From positions 248,001 to 312,000 of the IMG/VR virus record IMGVR_UViG_3300011113_000640: a stretch of DNA of 64,000 nt; one strand, given 5' to 3'. Below are positions 1 to 9,832 of this stretch, in pieces. Position 1 is the stretch's first letter. Every line of letters begins with the position of its first letter. A program made the position numbers and the translations under genes. Below the pieces are notes generated by a model. That model saw nothing but the letters and a program-made list of their open reading frames with translations. It did no database searches and had not been told where the DNA came from.

Positions 1-1
1 C

Positions 2-799
2 GAAGAGTTACAATGGCTCAAACGCGGTGAAGACAAAAAACAAAGCCATCACTATCAAATGTTGCGACAAGGTGCTTGGCCCAGAGAAAATCAGCAGTTT
101 TGGTCAGAGATAGATCAGATAGTGAATCAAATACGATACATAGAATTCACTGGTGGCGAACCTTTCATGATACAAGAACACTTTGACATGTTGCAAGGGT
201 TGATAGATCGTGGCATAGCCCATCAGGTAGAAATACACTACAACACCAATGGAACCCAATGGCCAGAACAAGCCGAAGCGATATGGCGTCATTTCAAAAC
301 TGTTGAGATTGCGTTCAGCATTGATGATGTGGGTGCTAGATTTGAATATCAACGGACCAATGCAGTTTGGGATGAAGTAGTGGCCAACATTGAAAAATTT
401 AAACAGTTGCGTCAACGTCACAGCAACATAAAACTACAAGCGTGCATCACAGTCAATGTTTTCAATGTATATTATTTGGAATCAGTGGCCTTATGGGTTG
501 CACAGCAAGGTTTTAATTTCGTTTATTGGAACATGTTGCATGATGCATATTATTTTAGCATAGCCACACTGCCAGAATCAGCCAAGATTGGAATAGCCAA
601 AAAATTACAACAGGCACAGGTACCAGAATCAATCCGACGAGAGTTTGAAAAAATAATTGAATTTATGAACAACGGTGCTGGTCTTGATGGCAAGTTATTG
701 AAAATTAGAACCACAGATTTTGACTACAAACGCGGTCAAAACTTGGCCGTGGTTGCACCTGAATATGCTGCCCTGATAGATTATGCCGGCCCCAATTAA
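2..799 (+). CDS. Radical SAM protein, C-terminal part (5'-truncated by window edge)
   Basis: Frame is open from base 2; EFTGGEP, YNTNGT and FSIDD motifs; paralogue of 783-2090 and 4662-5912. Confidence 0.85.
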   Translation, partial: EELQWLKRGEDKKQSHHYQMLRQGAWPRENQQFWSEIDQIVNQIRYIEFTGGEPFMIQEHFDMLQGLIDRGIAHQVEIHYNTNGTQWPEQAEAIWRHFKTVEIAFSIDDVGARFEYQRTNAVWDEVVANIEKFKQLRQRHSNIKLQACITVNVFNVYYLESVALWVAQQGFNFVYWNMLHDAYYFSIATLPESAKIGIAKKLQQAQVPESIRREFEKIIEFMNNGAGLDGKLLKIRTTDFDYKRGQNLAVVAPEYAALIDYAGPN

Positions 800-2090
800 T
801 CGTCCTGAAACCCTGTGCATGGCCCCATGGACACACACATATCTCAGTCCACAAACCGAAAGACGCATGTGCTGTGCCAGCCGAGAACCCGCACAAAACT
901 TCGAACAGTATATAGACACAGCTGCAGGTTCTGGAAAATATACACCTGTGAGCCTGGATGAGCACTGGAACAATCCTCACATACGAAGTGTGCGACTGAG
1001 GATGATGCAGGGAGAAATTTTGCCCGAGTGTGAAGTATGTAACAATAAGTTATTGAACACTGACGTATACAGAGACTACTTCAATCGATTATTTGGTCAC
1101 AAATATGAAGAGTGCATGCGTGCCACCGATCGCTATGGGTTCACCAAAGTAAGACCAGTCAGTTGGGATTATAGGTTCAGTAATCTATGTAACTTCAAAT
1201 GTCGCATGTGTGGAGACATGCTGAGCAGTGCCTGGGAAAGTGAACAACGACAGCACAATATGATTGACTGGTCAAATCCAAAAAATACATGGATGCGACC
1301 CGAGGTACGAGAAAAGATTTCAGCTTATCAAGATTCGCAGATTGAGGCCGAATTCGCTTTGGCGGTAGAGCAACATCGTGTGGAAGAAGTATACTGGGTG
1401 GGTGGTGAACCACTCATGTACGAACAACACTGGCGTTATATGCAACGTATTATTGAACTTGGAGATGGACCACGTGTGTATGCCAGATACAACACCAATC
1501 TCAGTAGGGTAGATTATCGCGGAACAAATCTTTATCGTGATATTCTGGCACACATACGTGATTGGCAAATCTGTGCAAGCCTGGATGGCACTGGTGCTAC
1601 GGGCGAATATATAAGGACAGGGTTGGATTATGTTGCATGGTTAGAGAATTTCAAACAAGGGCTAGAAATTACACATCATCGCAGACAGATGCGCATTGAT
1701 TTCACGTTGACATTGCCTGGCCTGTTTGAAGTTGTAAATATCCAGAGACTGGCCGATGAGTTAAATGTAGACATACTGGCCAAAGTAATATTTAGTTTTA
1801 CTCCAGACATTGTAATGAGTCCCTTGGCATTGCCCAGACCTGTTTTAGAGAGAGTGGTTGATGAACTTGCTGACCAAATACCCAACGGAGCACTCCGAGA
1901 TGTGCTAAATCAACTCAAACAACGACCGACCTTTGCCGAACAATGGCCAGATTCTTATCAGGCAGGACTTGCAAAAGGCAAGGCTCGTGTGCTAAAATTA
2001 GAACAGATCCGTGGAGACAGTTACACCATGGCCGACATTTTACAATCTAACAAAGACATATATGACTGGTACCAAGCGATTGCTACTTGA
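783..2090 (+). CDS. Radical SAM protein with N-terminal Cys-rich (twitch/SPASM-like) segment
   Basis: CNFKCRMC (CxxxCxxC), GGEP, YNTN; N-terminal CMAPW...MCC...CEVC. Confidence 0.9.
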   Translation: MPAPINRPETLCMAPWTHTYLSPQTERRMCCASREPAQNFEQYIDTAAGSGKYTPVSLDEHWNNPHIRSVRLRMMQGEILPECEVCNNKLLNTDVYRDYFNRLFGHKYEECMRATDRYGFTKVRPVSWDYRFSNLCNFKCRMCGDMLSSAWESEQRQHNMIDWSNPKNTWMRPEVREKISAYQDSQIEAEFALAVEQHRVEEVYWVGGEPLMYEQHWRYMQRIIELGDGPRVYARYNTNLSRVDYRGTNLYRDILAHIRDWQICASLDGTGATGEYIRTGLDYVAWLENFKQGLEITHHRRQMRIDFTLTLPGLFEVVNIQRLADELNVDILAKVIFSFTPDIVMSPLALPRPVLERVVDELADQIPNGALRDVLNQLKQRPTFAEQWPDSYQAGLAKGKARVLKLEQIRGDSYTMADILQSNKDIYDWYQAIAT

Positions 2091-3117
2091 TGTTGTTGAG
2101 CTAGACCTAGGCACGCCCGAAGATCTGTTGCGTGTGTATGTCAACATCTACGACAATAGTCTCAGCCGCAAATGGCTGATTGCCTTGAACAATTTGCTCG
2201 AGAACAATTATCATCTGGAAAAAAATTACTGTTTTTTTGGATTTGCAGACGGTCCTAGGAATGGGTCATATATCCTGGATCAAATAAATCGTAGTATACA
2301 GTCCATCAATGATAGCGATCTAGGATACCGTATCAATGATCATTTTGACATGAATAACAGTGTTGATGATCGAGGTGCAGTTGCCCGTGAACATTTCAAT
2401 CAGCTGCACAGATACTTTGAAGACCTACAAGGTGGCAGCGGCCACATCAGTGATTACTACTGGCGGGCAGATAATGCCACACGGTGGCATATCAGACAAT
2501 TGAATCTTTTGTGTCACGAATTTGAATCATGGCAACTGAGTTGGCGGAAGAAACACACAGCACCCGAATGGCAACGCCCGAGCCAACTCATGTGTTGGCT
2601 ATCAGCCCCAAGATTTGTATTGGACGAGGAAGACTATGAACTGTTTGGAATTGATACTATCAATCGCAGTCTGGGCGGAGTATATGTAGGAGTTAATAAA
2701 GCAGTTGGCAAACACCATTGGGAAGTATTCCAAGACGAAGGCCGCGACAGCCGGCTAAATGAACTCACAACCACTAGCCTCAAGGCACAGACCGAAGCCG
2801 CTGGCGACTTTGACATAGAGTGGGCCAACAATCCCGGCACATTTCCTTGGCAGATCAAACAGCTAAAGGAGTTTCGTGAATGGTTAACAGTCAACGGAAT
2901 TGATCCCGAAGATAAAAGTCTGACCATTGGTCATCCACAAGTAGGTCAGGTGGATCTGGTCCGCAGTTTTGATTCAGAAGATTACAAGCATATATGGAAC
3001 CAATTAAATACACACCTTAATGTTCATGCCATACGCACCAGCACGGTCAGTGCTGTGTACGAATATTGCTGGAGTGACCCTGATTACATGGAGAAACAAA
3101 TCAAATGTCTTGGATAA
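2080..3117 (+). CDS. Hypothetical protein
   Basis: Long ORF in operon; TTG at 2080 chosen to minimise overlap (track start 2011). Confidence 0.75.
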   Translation: MLLDVVELDLGTPEDLLRVYVNIYDNSLSRKWLIALNNLLENNYHLEKNYCFFGFADGPRNGSYILDQINRSIQSINDSDLGYRINDHFDMNNSVDDRGAVAREHFNQLHRYFEDLQGGSGHISDYYWRADNATRWHIRQLNLLCHEFESWQLSWRKKHTAPEWQRPSQLMCWLSAPRFVLDEEDYELFGIDTINRSLGGVYVGVNKAVGKHHWEVFQDEGRDSRLNELTTTSLKAQTEAAGDFDIEWANNPGTFPWQIKQLKEFREWLTVNGIDPEDKSLTIGHPQVGQVDLVRSFDSEDYKHIWNQLNTHLNVHAIRTSTVSAVYEYCWSDPDYMEKQIKCLG

Positions 3118-3206
3118 AAAACTTAATCAATCGCGTCAAATTAGAAATAAGATACAGAAAAAAGTTAAAAGAACTTCGCAAAAGAGATCCTTTTATCTAT
3201 AAATGA
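3105..3206 (+). CDS. 33-aa basic peptide MSWIKNLINRVKLEIRYRKKLKELRKRDPFIYK (not in ORF track)
   Basis: Hand-translated; GGAG about 12 nt upstream; ATGA overlap with carbamoyltransferase start. Confidence 0.75.
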   Translation: MSWIKNLINRVKLEIRYRKKLKELRKRDPFIYK

Positions 3207-4669
3207 AACATCAGTATATACTGGGACTCAGTGCCGGATTCCATGATGCGGCCGCCGCCGTGATCCGCAACGACGGTGAGATCGTTTTTGCTGGACACAG
3301 CGAACGCTATTCAAAAAAGAAAAATGATGCAGATACCTGTCCAGGTCTGCTGGAAGAATTTTGTAACTATCCTATAGACACCATTGCTTATTATGAACGC
3401 CCTTGGCTTAAACAGTTACGTAATCTTGTGAGTGGGCAAGGCATAGATTGGTCAAACATCACAGTACAACAAGTTCTTAAAAATCAACTGGGTTCATGGT
3501 TGCAACACCCACCCAGGCAAACTAAAACTTACAGTCATCACCTGTGCCATGCGGCTGCAGGTTTCCAAACAAGTCCATATGATCGCGCCACCTGTGTGGT
3601 CATAGATGCCATCGGCGAGTTTGACACCATTAGTATCTGGGGAGCAGAATATGACAAGCAAGATCGTGCGCAGTATAAAAAGTTATGGAGCCAAACTTAT
3701 CCTAGGAGCATCGGGCTCTTTTATAGTGCAATTACTCAGCGCATTGGCCTACACCCGTTAGACGAAGAATACATAACCATGGGCATGGCCGCATATGGCC
3801 AACCTCTGTATGTGGAAGAATGCAGAGCCTTGTTGGAAGACAATCTACACATAGGCATAGATCCTGCCTGGCTGTGGCTGGCCAGCAATGAAGATATTGC
3901 GGCCAGTGCCCAGGTGCTAACAGAAGAATTGATATATAGTATTATGCGCCGTGCCCAAGAATTTGGATGGAGTTCTAATCTAGTCTACCAGGGCGGCGTG
4001 GCTTTGAACTGTCTTGCTAATAGAAAACTCGGTGAATATTTTGAAAACATTTGGATTATGCCTTGTCCTGGTGACGCTGGCAATAGCCTTGGTGCTGCCG
4101 CATTGGCCCATGGAAGACGTTTACGCTGGACAGATGCGTACCTTGGCCACGAGATCCCAGGAGAATATCCTGTTCGCGCCCTCGTTGATCATTTACAAAG
4201 TGATAGAATCGTCGGTGTCGCTAGTGGTCGAGCAGAATTTGGGCCCCGAGCCTTGGGAAACAGAAGTTTGCTCGCAGACCCAAGAGGATCAGATATAAAG
4301 GATCAAGTCAATGAAATCAAACGCCGCCAAAAGTTTAGACCGTTTGCGCCGGTTATCCTGGCAGAGCAAGCTCATGAATTTTTTGATATGCCCCGGGGTT
4401 GGGATCACAGTCCTTATATGCAGTCAATCGCAACTTGCCGCAGTCCTGACTTATACCCTGCTATCTGTCATGTGGATAACACTAGCCGAGTACAGACTGT
4501 GTCAGCTGATGGTTCAGGCATTAGAGCACTGTTAGAAGCCTGGTATGAGCTCACAGGTTGTCCCATGTTGCTGAACACCAGTCTTAACATACGTGGTGAA
4601 CCCATGGTCAATGATCGTGCGGATGCCGACAGATTTGAACAGAAGTATAATGTAAAAGTGTTTAGTTAA
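3203..4669 (+). CDS. O-carbamoyltransferase (NodU/CmcH/TobZ family)
   Basis: GFHDAAAA, ERYS, HHLCHAA, GGVALNC, EFGPRALGNRS, FRPFAP, LLNTSLN motifs. Confidence 0.95.
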   Translation: MKHQYILGLSAGFHDAAAAVIRNDGEIVFAGHSERYSKKKNDADTCPGLLEEFCNYPIDTIAYYERPWLKQLRNLVSGQGIDWSNITVQQVLKNQLGSWLQHPPRQTKTYSHHLCHAAAGFQTSPYDRATCVVIDAIGEFDTISIWGAEYDKQDRAQYKKLWSQTYPRSIGLFYSAITQRIGLHPLDEEYITMGMAAYGQPLYVEECRALLEDNLHIGIDPAWLWLASNEDIAASAQVLTEELIYSIMRRAQEFGWSSNLVYQGGVALNCLANRKLGEYFENIWIMPCPGDAGNSLGAAALAHGRRLRWTDAYLGHEIPGEYPVRALVDHLQSDRIVGVASGRAEFGPRALGNRSLLADPRGSDIKDQVNEIKRRQKFRPFAPVILAEQAHEFFDMPRGWDHSPYMQSIATCRSPDLYPAICHVDNTSRVQTVSADGSGIRALLEAWYELTGCPMLLNTSLNIRGEPMVNDRADADRFEQKYNVKVFS

Positions 4670-5912
4670 CGAACCATGGAGCCCAGTCTGGAACCACTTC
4701 TCGAAGTGGTTTTTTACTGACTGTGTCTTCGAGTTTGATGTGTTGTACGAATTGATCCAATGCTCGAGGATTGAATTCAACATTTTCCACTGTGCTGATC
4801 AAACGATCTATGGTTTGAACGTAGCCGTATTCATAATTAATGTATTCTGGATTTAGGTAGTGTTCGTAGCGTTTTCTACCAGCTCGTAATCGCTCCAAGG
4901 CCAATGACTTTAATTCAGGAGGCAAAGCAGCCATTCCTAAGTGCTCTTGAAACACATGACTTACACTGACAAATTTTAAATCATTGCTGTGACACCAATC
5001 TACAAAATCCATGGCACCCAGTATGTTGACACCTGTTACCACATGATTTATAATTTCATGCACTGGACTTTGATGTATCTTGGCAACATTCTCTTGTATG
5101 TTTGCCCAACGTGCCCCACGGCGTTGATATTCAATCACATCGCCTACGCCGTCGATGCTAACAGTGTACAATACTTTTTTAAACTGTTTGAATTTTTCAA
5201 CTAGGTCATCTGGAAAGTCACTGGCATTGGTCAATACAGTAATAATCATGTTTGATGCCAAGCCTTGAGCTATCACATGATCAATTAATTTGATCACTTC
5301 AGGTTGTAGAATTGTTTCCCCGCCGGTGAATCCTAAAATTTTCACATCTCGGATCACATCAAAAAAATCCACATCCACAGCATTGATTTGATATTTGGAT
5401 TTTGCACCTTGTTTGATATCAAACACATGGCGTTGGCTGCTGGCACCAGCATAGCACATCACGCAGGCATAATTGCAGTAGTTACTGGGCATGTAGTCCA
5501 GGGCATACACGCTGTCAGCCACAAGACCTGTCTCTACAATTCGTTGGACCTCGGCCATGATATCTATGTCAAGATGTTCAAAAAGATATTCGTTGTTGAG
5601 TTGTCGTGGACTGCTGGCACCAACTCTCTCTGCATTTATACAAGTGCCGCACAAATCAGGCATGACACCATCTAAAAAACTTTGACGCATGTTTTTCCAG
5701 ATGTCACTGTTTCTGGTGTCTGTGATATTGTTGTTTTGTATGTTCCAGCGCTCGCCGGCTTGGATGATGCTACACGGTCTTACAAAATTATCAACTGTTT
5801 GATCAAGACCAACCACACCGCAGGTAGAATAAAAACTGTTGACAAAAGGAGCCAAACACATCTTTTCTCCATATTTGTGGTAAAGTTTCTTTACATCTTC
5901 TTTGCAATTCAT
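4662..5912 (-). CDS. Radical SAM protein with N-terminal Cys-rich segment
   Basis: CNYACVMC, FTGGE, SIDG; start at ATGA overlap 5909-5912. Confidence 0.9.
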   Translation of the reverse strand: MNCKEDVKKLYHKYGEKMCLAPFVNSFYSTCGVVGLDQTVDNFVRPCSIIQAGERWNIQNNNITDTRNSDIWKNMRQSFLDGVMPDLCGTCINAERVGASSPRQLNNEYLFEHLDIDIMAEVQRIVETGLVADSVYALDYMPSNYCNYACVMCYAGASSQRHVFDIKQGAKSKYQINAVDVDFFDVIRDVKILGFTGGETILQPEVIKLIDHVIAQGLASNMIITVLTNASDFPDDLVEKFKQFKKVLYTVSIDGVGDVIEYQRRGARWANIQENVAKIHQSPVHEIINHVVTGVNILGAMDFVDWCHSNDLKFVSVSHVFQEHLGMAALPPELKSLALERLRAGRKRYEHYLNPEYINYEYGYVQTIDRLISTVENVEFNPRALDQFVQHIKLEDTVSKKPLREVVPDWAPWFVN

Positions 5913-6928
5913 AGATAAGTTTCTAATCCGCCACGTCGACGTAGATCTTGAGTACAACAACTGATACCGCCGTCCCAAAAATAACTATGCCGTAGTTCCG
6001 AGATGATAGGATTGATTCTGTGCTTCTTACAAAAATTAAATACATCTTTGTTGTAAGCACTGAATATCACATTTTCTTCATCTAACACAAGACAGTTGAC
6101 ATCAAACACTGTTTCGGCCACAAAGCCAGTCCATTTTTTCAGATACGCATCTACAAATTCTGTGAATTCTGGAGTAGGAGTTTGTCCTTGTACATACCAT
6201 GCGCCTGGATTGGCTTCCCATTTGAACTTGCCAACTTCCATGGCAGCCCAGATGCTACTATCCCAGATCTTTAACACTTCCCATCCAGGAAAATCTTTAG
6301 CCAGGTGCAAGTGCATGTCGTGTTTGCTTGACAATATTACACCGGGTTTAAGAATGGCAAACACAGCATCTCCATGACCGTCTGTGACTGCCTCGTGAAT
6401 TCGGTATTCGGATCCCAGCACATTGTCAACAATCCATCGGGTTTGTTCTGGTTTGAGATAATCGCTGTTGTCAAAAAATACATCGCGTCCCACACGAACT
6501 ATACAACTGGCACTGGCTCCGTTTAATATGCAATCAGAATCAAATTCGCCCTGGTGAGGATTTACAATTTGATCTGTAAATTGAGAACAAATATCATCCA
6601 ACTCTTTCATGGGTAACACACGCAGTAATTTTTGACCTAAACTTATTTGCCAATCTCTCGGAGTCAATGGTGGCAAAGGCGCACCATAGCTGTTGATTTG
6701 TGCGTTATAAAAGCTATCTCGATTCATCAAGGTTGGTCGGTGCACTTTCGCACCATATTGCTCTATGGTTTGTTGGAGATTGTTTAAGTCTTCTTCAGTT
6801 TCGGCCAGTATGTGTTGCAATTGATTACGAACCTGTGCATTGTCAATGAAGTCAAAATAGTCAGGTGAGTAAGCTCGACCAACTATGACTTCTTCAAGGG
6901 GTTGCCAACTGGTATAGGAATTGATCAT
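5909..6928 (-). CDS. Amidinotransferase (glycine/inosamine-phosphate amidinotransferase family)
   Basis: WQPLEEVIVG, PRD, GHGD and C-terminal DGGISCCTQDLRR of the pentein fold. Confidence 0.9.
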   Translation of the reverse strand: MINSYTSWQPLEEVIVGRAYSPDYFDFIDNAQVRNQLQHILAETEEDLNNLQQTIEQYGAKVHRPTLMNRDSFYNAQINSYGAPLPPLTPRDWQISLGQKLLRVLPMKELDDICSQFTDQIVNPHQGEFDSDCILNGASASCIVRVGRDVFFDNSDYLKPEQTRWIVDNVLGSEYRIHEAVTDGHGDAVFAILKPGVILSSKHDMHLHLAKDFPGWEVLKIWDSSIWAAMEVGKFKWEANPGAWYVQGQTPTPEFTEFVDAYLKKWTGFVAETVFDVNCLVLDEENVIFSAYNKDVFNFCKKHRINPIISELRHSYFWDGGISCCTQDLRRRGGLETYL

Positions 6929-8037
6929 GATAATTGTTTGTGTAGGTTATTTAACATGTGCGTGAGCTCCTGCCACAAAATGTCAGCAAACCCGCCGCGG
7001 TAAAAATGATTGTAGTTGTGTTCAACCATTGGCAAACAGGCTCGATGTATCTCAGCACGTTCTTGAACACTGAGATTATCTAGATCTTTTAATAATTTTG
7101 TAACTTTTTCCAATCTCAAGATGTCATCGGTTTCGCAGTCATAGCTTTCGTCCAGTATACCGCTGAATGTTTTGAATCCATAACTTCTAAGGTACTCTAG
7201 GCTACCAGCAGGAGCTACCAAAACAAAAGGCATTTCCAAGACAATGGCTTTAAAAGTTTTTTCTGTGAGGTGTGTTCTACGTCCGAAATAAACAGTTTCA
7301 GTTGGTACATATACTAAGCTGTCGGCCGCTTCATTGAAATTGGTCAACCAACAGCTGGTCATGTTTTGTGTTGTTTCACCAGAAAAAAATCTGGGCAAAT
7401 CGGCCTGTTCAAACACTTGGATGATGTCCCGGTATACATTGGTATATTTTTGTGCTATACTAGTGATATCTATATTTTCAATCGGACATATCCTAGGTGC
7501 TGATATATGATTATTTTGCAGTTCTTGCTTGAACACATGATAAAGAAACAACACACGATGATCTCTTCTCCCGCCAACAATGCGGTTTGGACTCATGAAA
7601 GTTCGTGTGGGCTTTCTATCACGTGCCCGATCAATCAAGAAAGTTCGATCATATCCGCGAAACCAGTCAAGACAGGCCCAGCCGTGGAAAAAATAATAGT
7701 GACTGGTCCATTCATAGGTTTGGCACAGTTGTTCGACCTTTTCTCCAAGTTCACTTACTACAACATGTCCAAATGGGTGTGGTTTGTTGGGCCACCATAC
7801 ATCGGTATTTCTACGCAATACGTCTTGAAAAAGTGGATCAAACAATTCAATATCAACGGGTTCTTGATCGTGCATGAAAACATAATTGGTTTCTTTGATG
7901 TCATCTCTGCCAAGATTAAATAAGTGCTCAGGATCTGTGTGTCCAAACGGATCACAAAAAAACAATCTTGTTCCTGGACAGTTTTTATCTAGCCAAGGCC
8001 AAAATGTATTGTTGTAAATCTCATCTATTCTAATCAT
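6925..8037 (-). CDS. Putative glycosyltransferase-like protein of the phage 'ET..TEKT.K' family
   Basis: PTETVY...LTEKTFK...LRSYGFKTF...DESYD; paralogues at 12588 and 25870. Confidence 0.6.
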   Translation of the reverse strand: MIRIDEIYNNTFWPWLDKNCPGTRLFFCDPFGHTDPEHLFNLGRDDIKETNYVFMHDQEPVDIELFDPLFQDVLRRNTDVWWPNKPHPFGHVVVSELGEKVEQLCQTYEWTSHYYFFHGWACLDWFRGYDRTFLIDRARDRKPTRTFMSPNRIVGGRRDHRVLFLYHVFKQELQNNHISAPRICPIENIDITSIAQKYTNVYRDIIQVFEQADLPRFFSGETTQNMTSCWLTNFNEAADSLVYVPTETVYFGRRTHLTEKTFKAIVLEMPFVLVAPAGSLEYLRSYGFKTFSGILDESYDCETDDILRLEKVTKLLKDLDNLSVQERAEIHRACLPMVEHNYNHFYRGGFADILWQELTHMLNNLHKQLS

Positions 8038-9832
8038 GTTTGATATTTTTTATACAGGAACCAAACCAAATTTATTTCCTCATGAACAAGAGGCCGATAG
8101 TATCGAACATGCACAACAGTTGTCAAGGACTAGATATTTTTGGTGGACGAACTATTTAACTGACTACTCAGGTTGGGACTTTCTTTGGGAACCAGTGCCT
8201 TGGCAAAGCCATCAACGACACGCCTGGCCCAGCCAATGGCAAAAAGATTCGGGAACCTATTTGGTTCCCAAATCGGGCTACACAGAAACCCACTATAGAA
8301 CTGAAAAACAATTAACTCGCTATTACGATTTACCCAGCTGGACTATACCCGCAGGATTTGACGTAGAAAGTTTTGATTGGTCATGGCATCCTGATCCCAC
8401 CGATCCACCTTTTATATATCAGTTTGGCACACAACACCAACGCACAGGTGGACCACAGTATCAAGTACCGGGAGCTACTGATTTGAAATTTGTGGATCAA
8501 ATCCGTGGCAGTGTCAAAATAGGTACAACACCAATCATAGAAATTGATCACATGGATGGCAATGCTGGCCAAGCGCCAGGTACGATCAAAACTGTGAGAT
8601 ATTTTGACAATTATCGAGATGTGTTGACTAGGATCGCCAACACAGTAGAACATGAATATGTGTGGATCATCAGCAGTGTGTGTGATTACACCAGATTTGA
8701 TTTTTCGTGGCATCCAGAGTTTTGGCAAAGCACCATGCTCCATGTATTTGCCAGCGATGGTGAAAAGTTCGGCGACACGTTCTACATGCATGTGCCCAGC
8801 TTCCGTCAACGCATAGGTCAATTTGAACTGTTGGATTGGTATGACCTAAATTTTGTTGGCACATCAGTTCCACGCCGGCCTCTGCCAGTGATCGAACATG
8901 ATCATGATACGCATGTTGAAGCTGTCAAAACTATTTCTTGGACTGGTCCGCTAGCGGTGTTTGCCAAAGAACCAGTCTCACAGGTTCCTCCAGTGCCTCT
9001 GTGGCGAGAAAAAACCAAGACTGTTGTGCCACTCAGTACCGGAGCCAGTCAAGTCATTGTTCCCAAGACAGCAGTGCCGTATATCAAAACACAGCTCTAT
9101 GATTATTCCTATATAGATCGAACACAACGACATCTGCACAACGAACAACCTCTAGACATAGTGTTTATAGAAAATGGCGAACCCAATGCCCTAGATAACT
9201 TGCGTGTATTGTCTTTGGCAACAGCCGGCCTAGACAATCGCGTGGTTCGTAGTTCGGGCGTGAATGGACGTGTGGCAGCTTATCATGCCGCGGCAGAACT
9301 TAGCACCACTCCTTGGTTCTTTGCGGTGTTTGCCAAGTTGCGAGTCAATGACGACTTTGATTGGACCTGGCAACCAGATCGCATGCAGGAACCCAAGCAC
9401 TACATCTTTCACGCAAGGAATCCTGTGAATGGTTTGGAGTATGGACATCAGGCCATGATTGCCTATAACAAAAAACTGGTGTTGAACAATCCAGGCCAAG
9501 GATTGGACTTTACCTTGGATTCAGCACACGAAGTAGTGCCCATACTTTCAGGCACAGCAGAATATGCCTACACCCCATGGATGGCTTGGCGCACAGCATT
9601 TCGCGAGTGTGTAAAATTGTGTGACCAAACTGATGTGGAAAGCAAACACAGACTTGACAAATGGCTGAACCGCGGCGCATTGGAACATGGTGAGTGGAGT
9701 ATCCATGGTGCCGAAGATGCTGTGGAATACTACCGTGCAGTCAACGGAGACACGGCAGAACTGCGCAAGAGCTACGACTGGGCCTGGTTGGCCTCGTATG
9801 CTTTGTTGAAAAGAAATCTTGTGGCAGATTAG
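8036..9832 (+). CDS. Multi-repeat protein with C-terminal GT-A-like domain
   Basis: Repeats WDFLWEP / FDWSWHPD / FDFSWHPE / FDWTWQPD; C-terminal DIVFI..GEPNA..GVNGR..AWRTAFRE. Confidence 0.6.
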   Translation: MFDIFYTGTKPNLFPHEQEADSIEHAQQLSRTRYFWWTNYLTDYSGWDFLWEPVPWQSHQRHAWPSQWQKDSGTYLVPKSGYTETHYRTEKQLTRYYDLPSWTIPAGFDVESFDWSWHPDPTDPPFIYQFGTQHQRTGGPQYQVPGATDLKFVDQIRGSVKIGTTPIIEIDHMDGNAGQAPGTIKTVRYFDNYRDVLTRIANTVEHEYVWIISSVCDYTRFDFSWHPEFWQSTMLHVFASDGEKFGDTFYMHVPSFRQRIGQFELLDWYDLNFVGTSVPRRPLPVIEHDHDTHVEAVKTISWTGPLAVFAKEPVSQVPPVPLWREKTKTVVPLSTGASQVIVPKTAVPYIKTQLYDYSYIDRTQRHLHNEQPLDIVFIENGEPNALDNLRVLSLATAGLDNRVVRSSGVNGRVAAYHAAAELSTTPWFFAVFAKLRVNDDFDWTWQPDRMQEPKHYIFHARNPVNGLEYGHQAMIAYNKKLVLNNPGQGLDFTLDSAHEVVPILSGTAEYAYTPWMAWRTAFRECVKLCDQTDVESKHRLDKWLNRGALEHGEWSIHGAEDAVEYYRAVNGDTAELRKSYDWAWLASYALLKRNLVAD

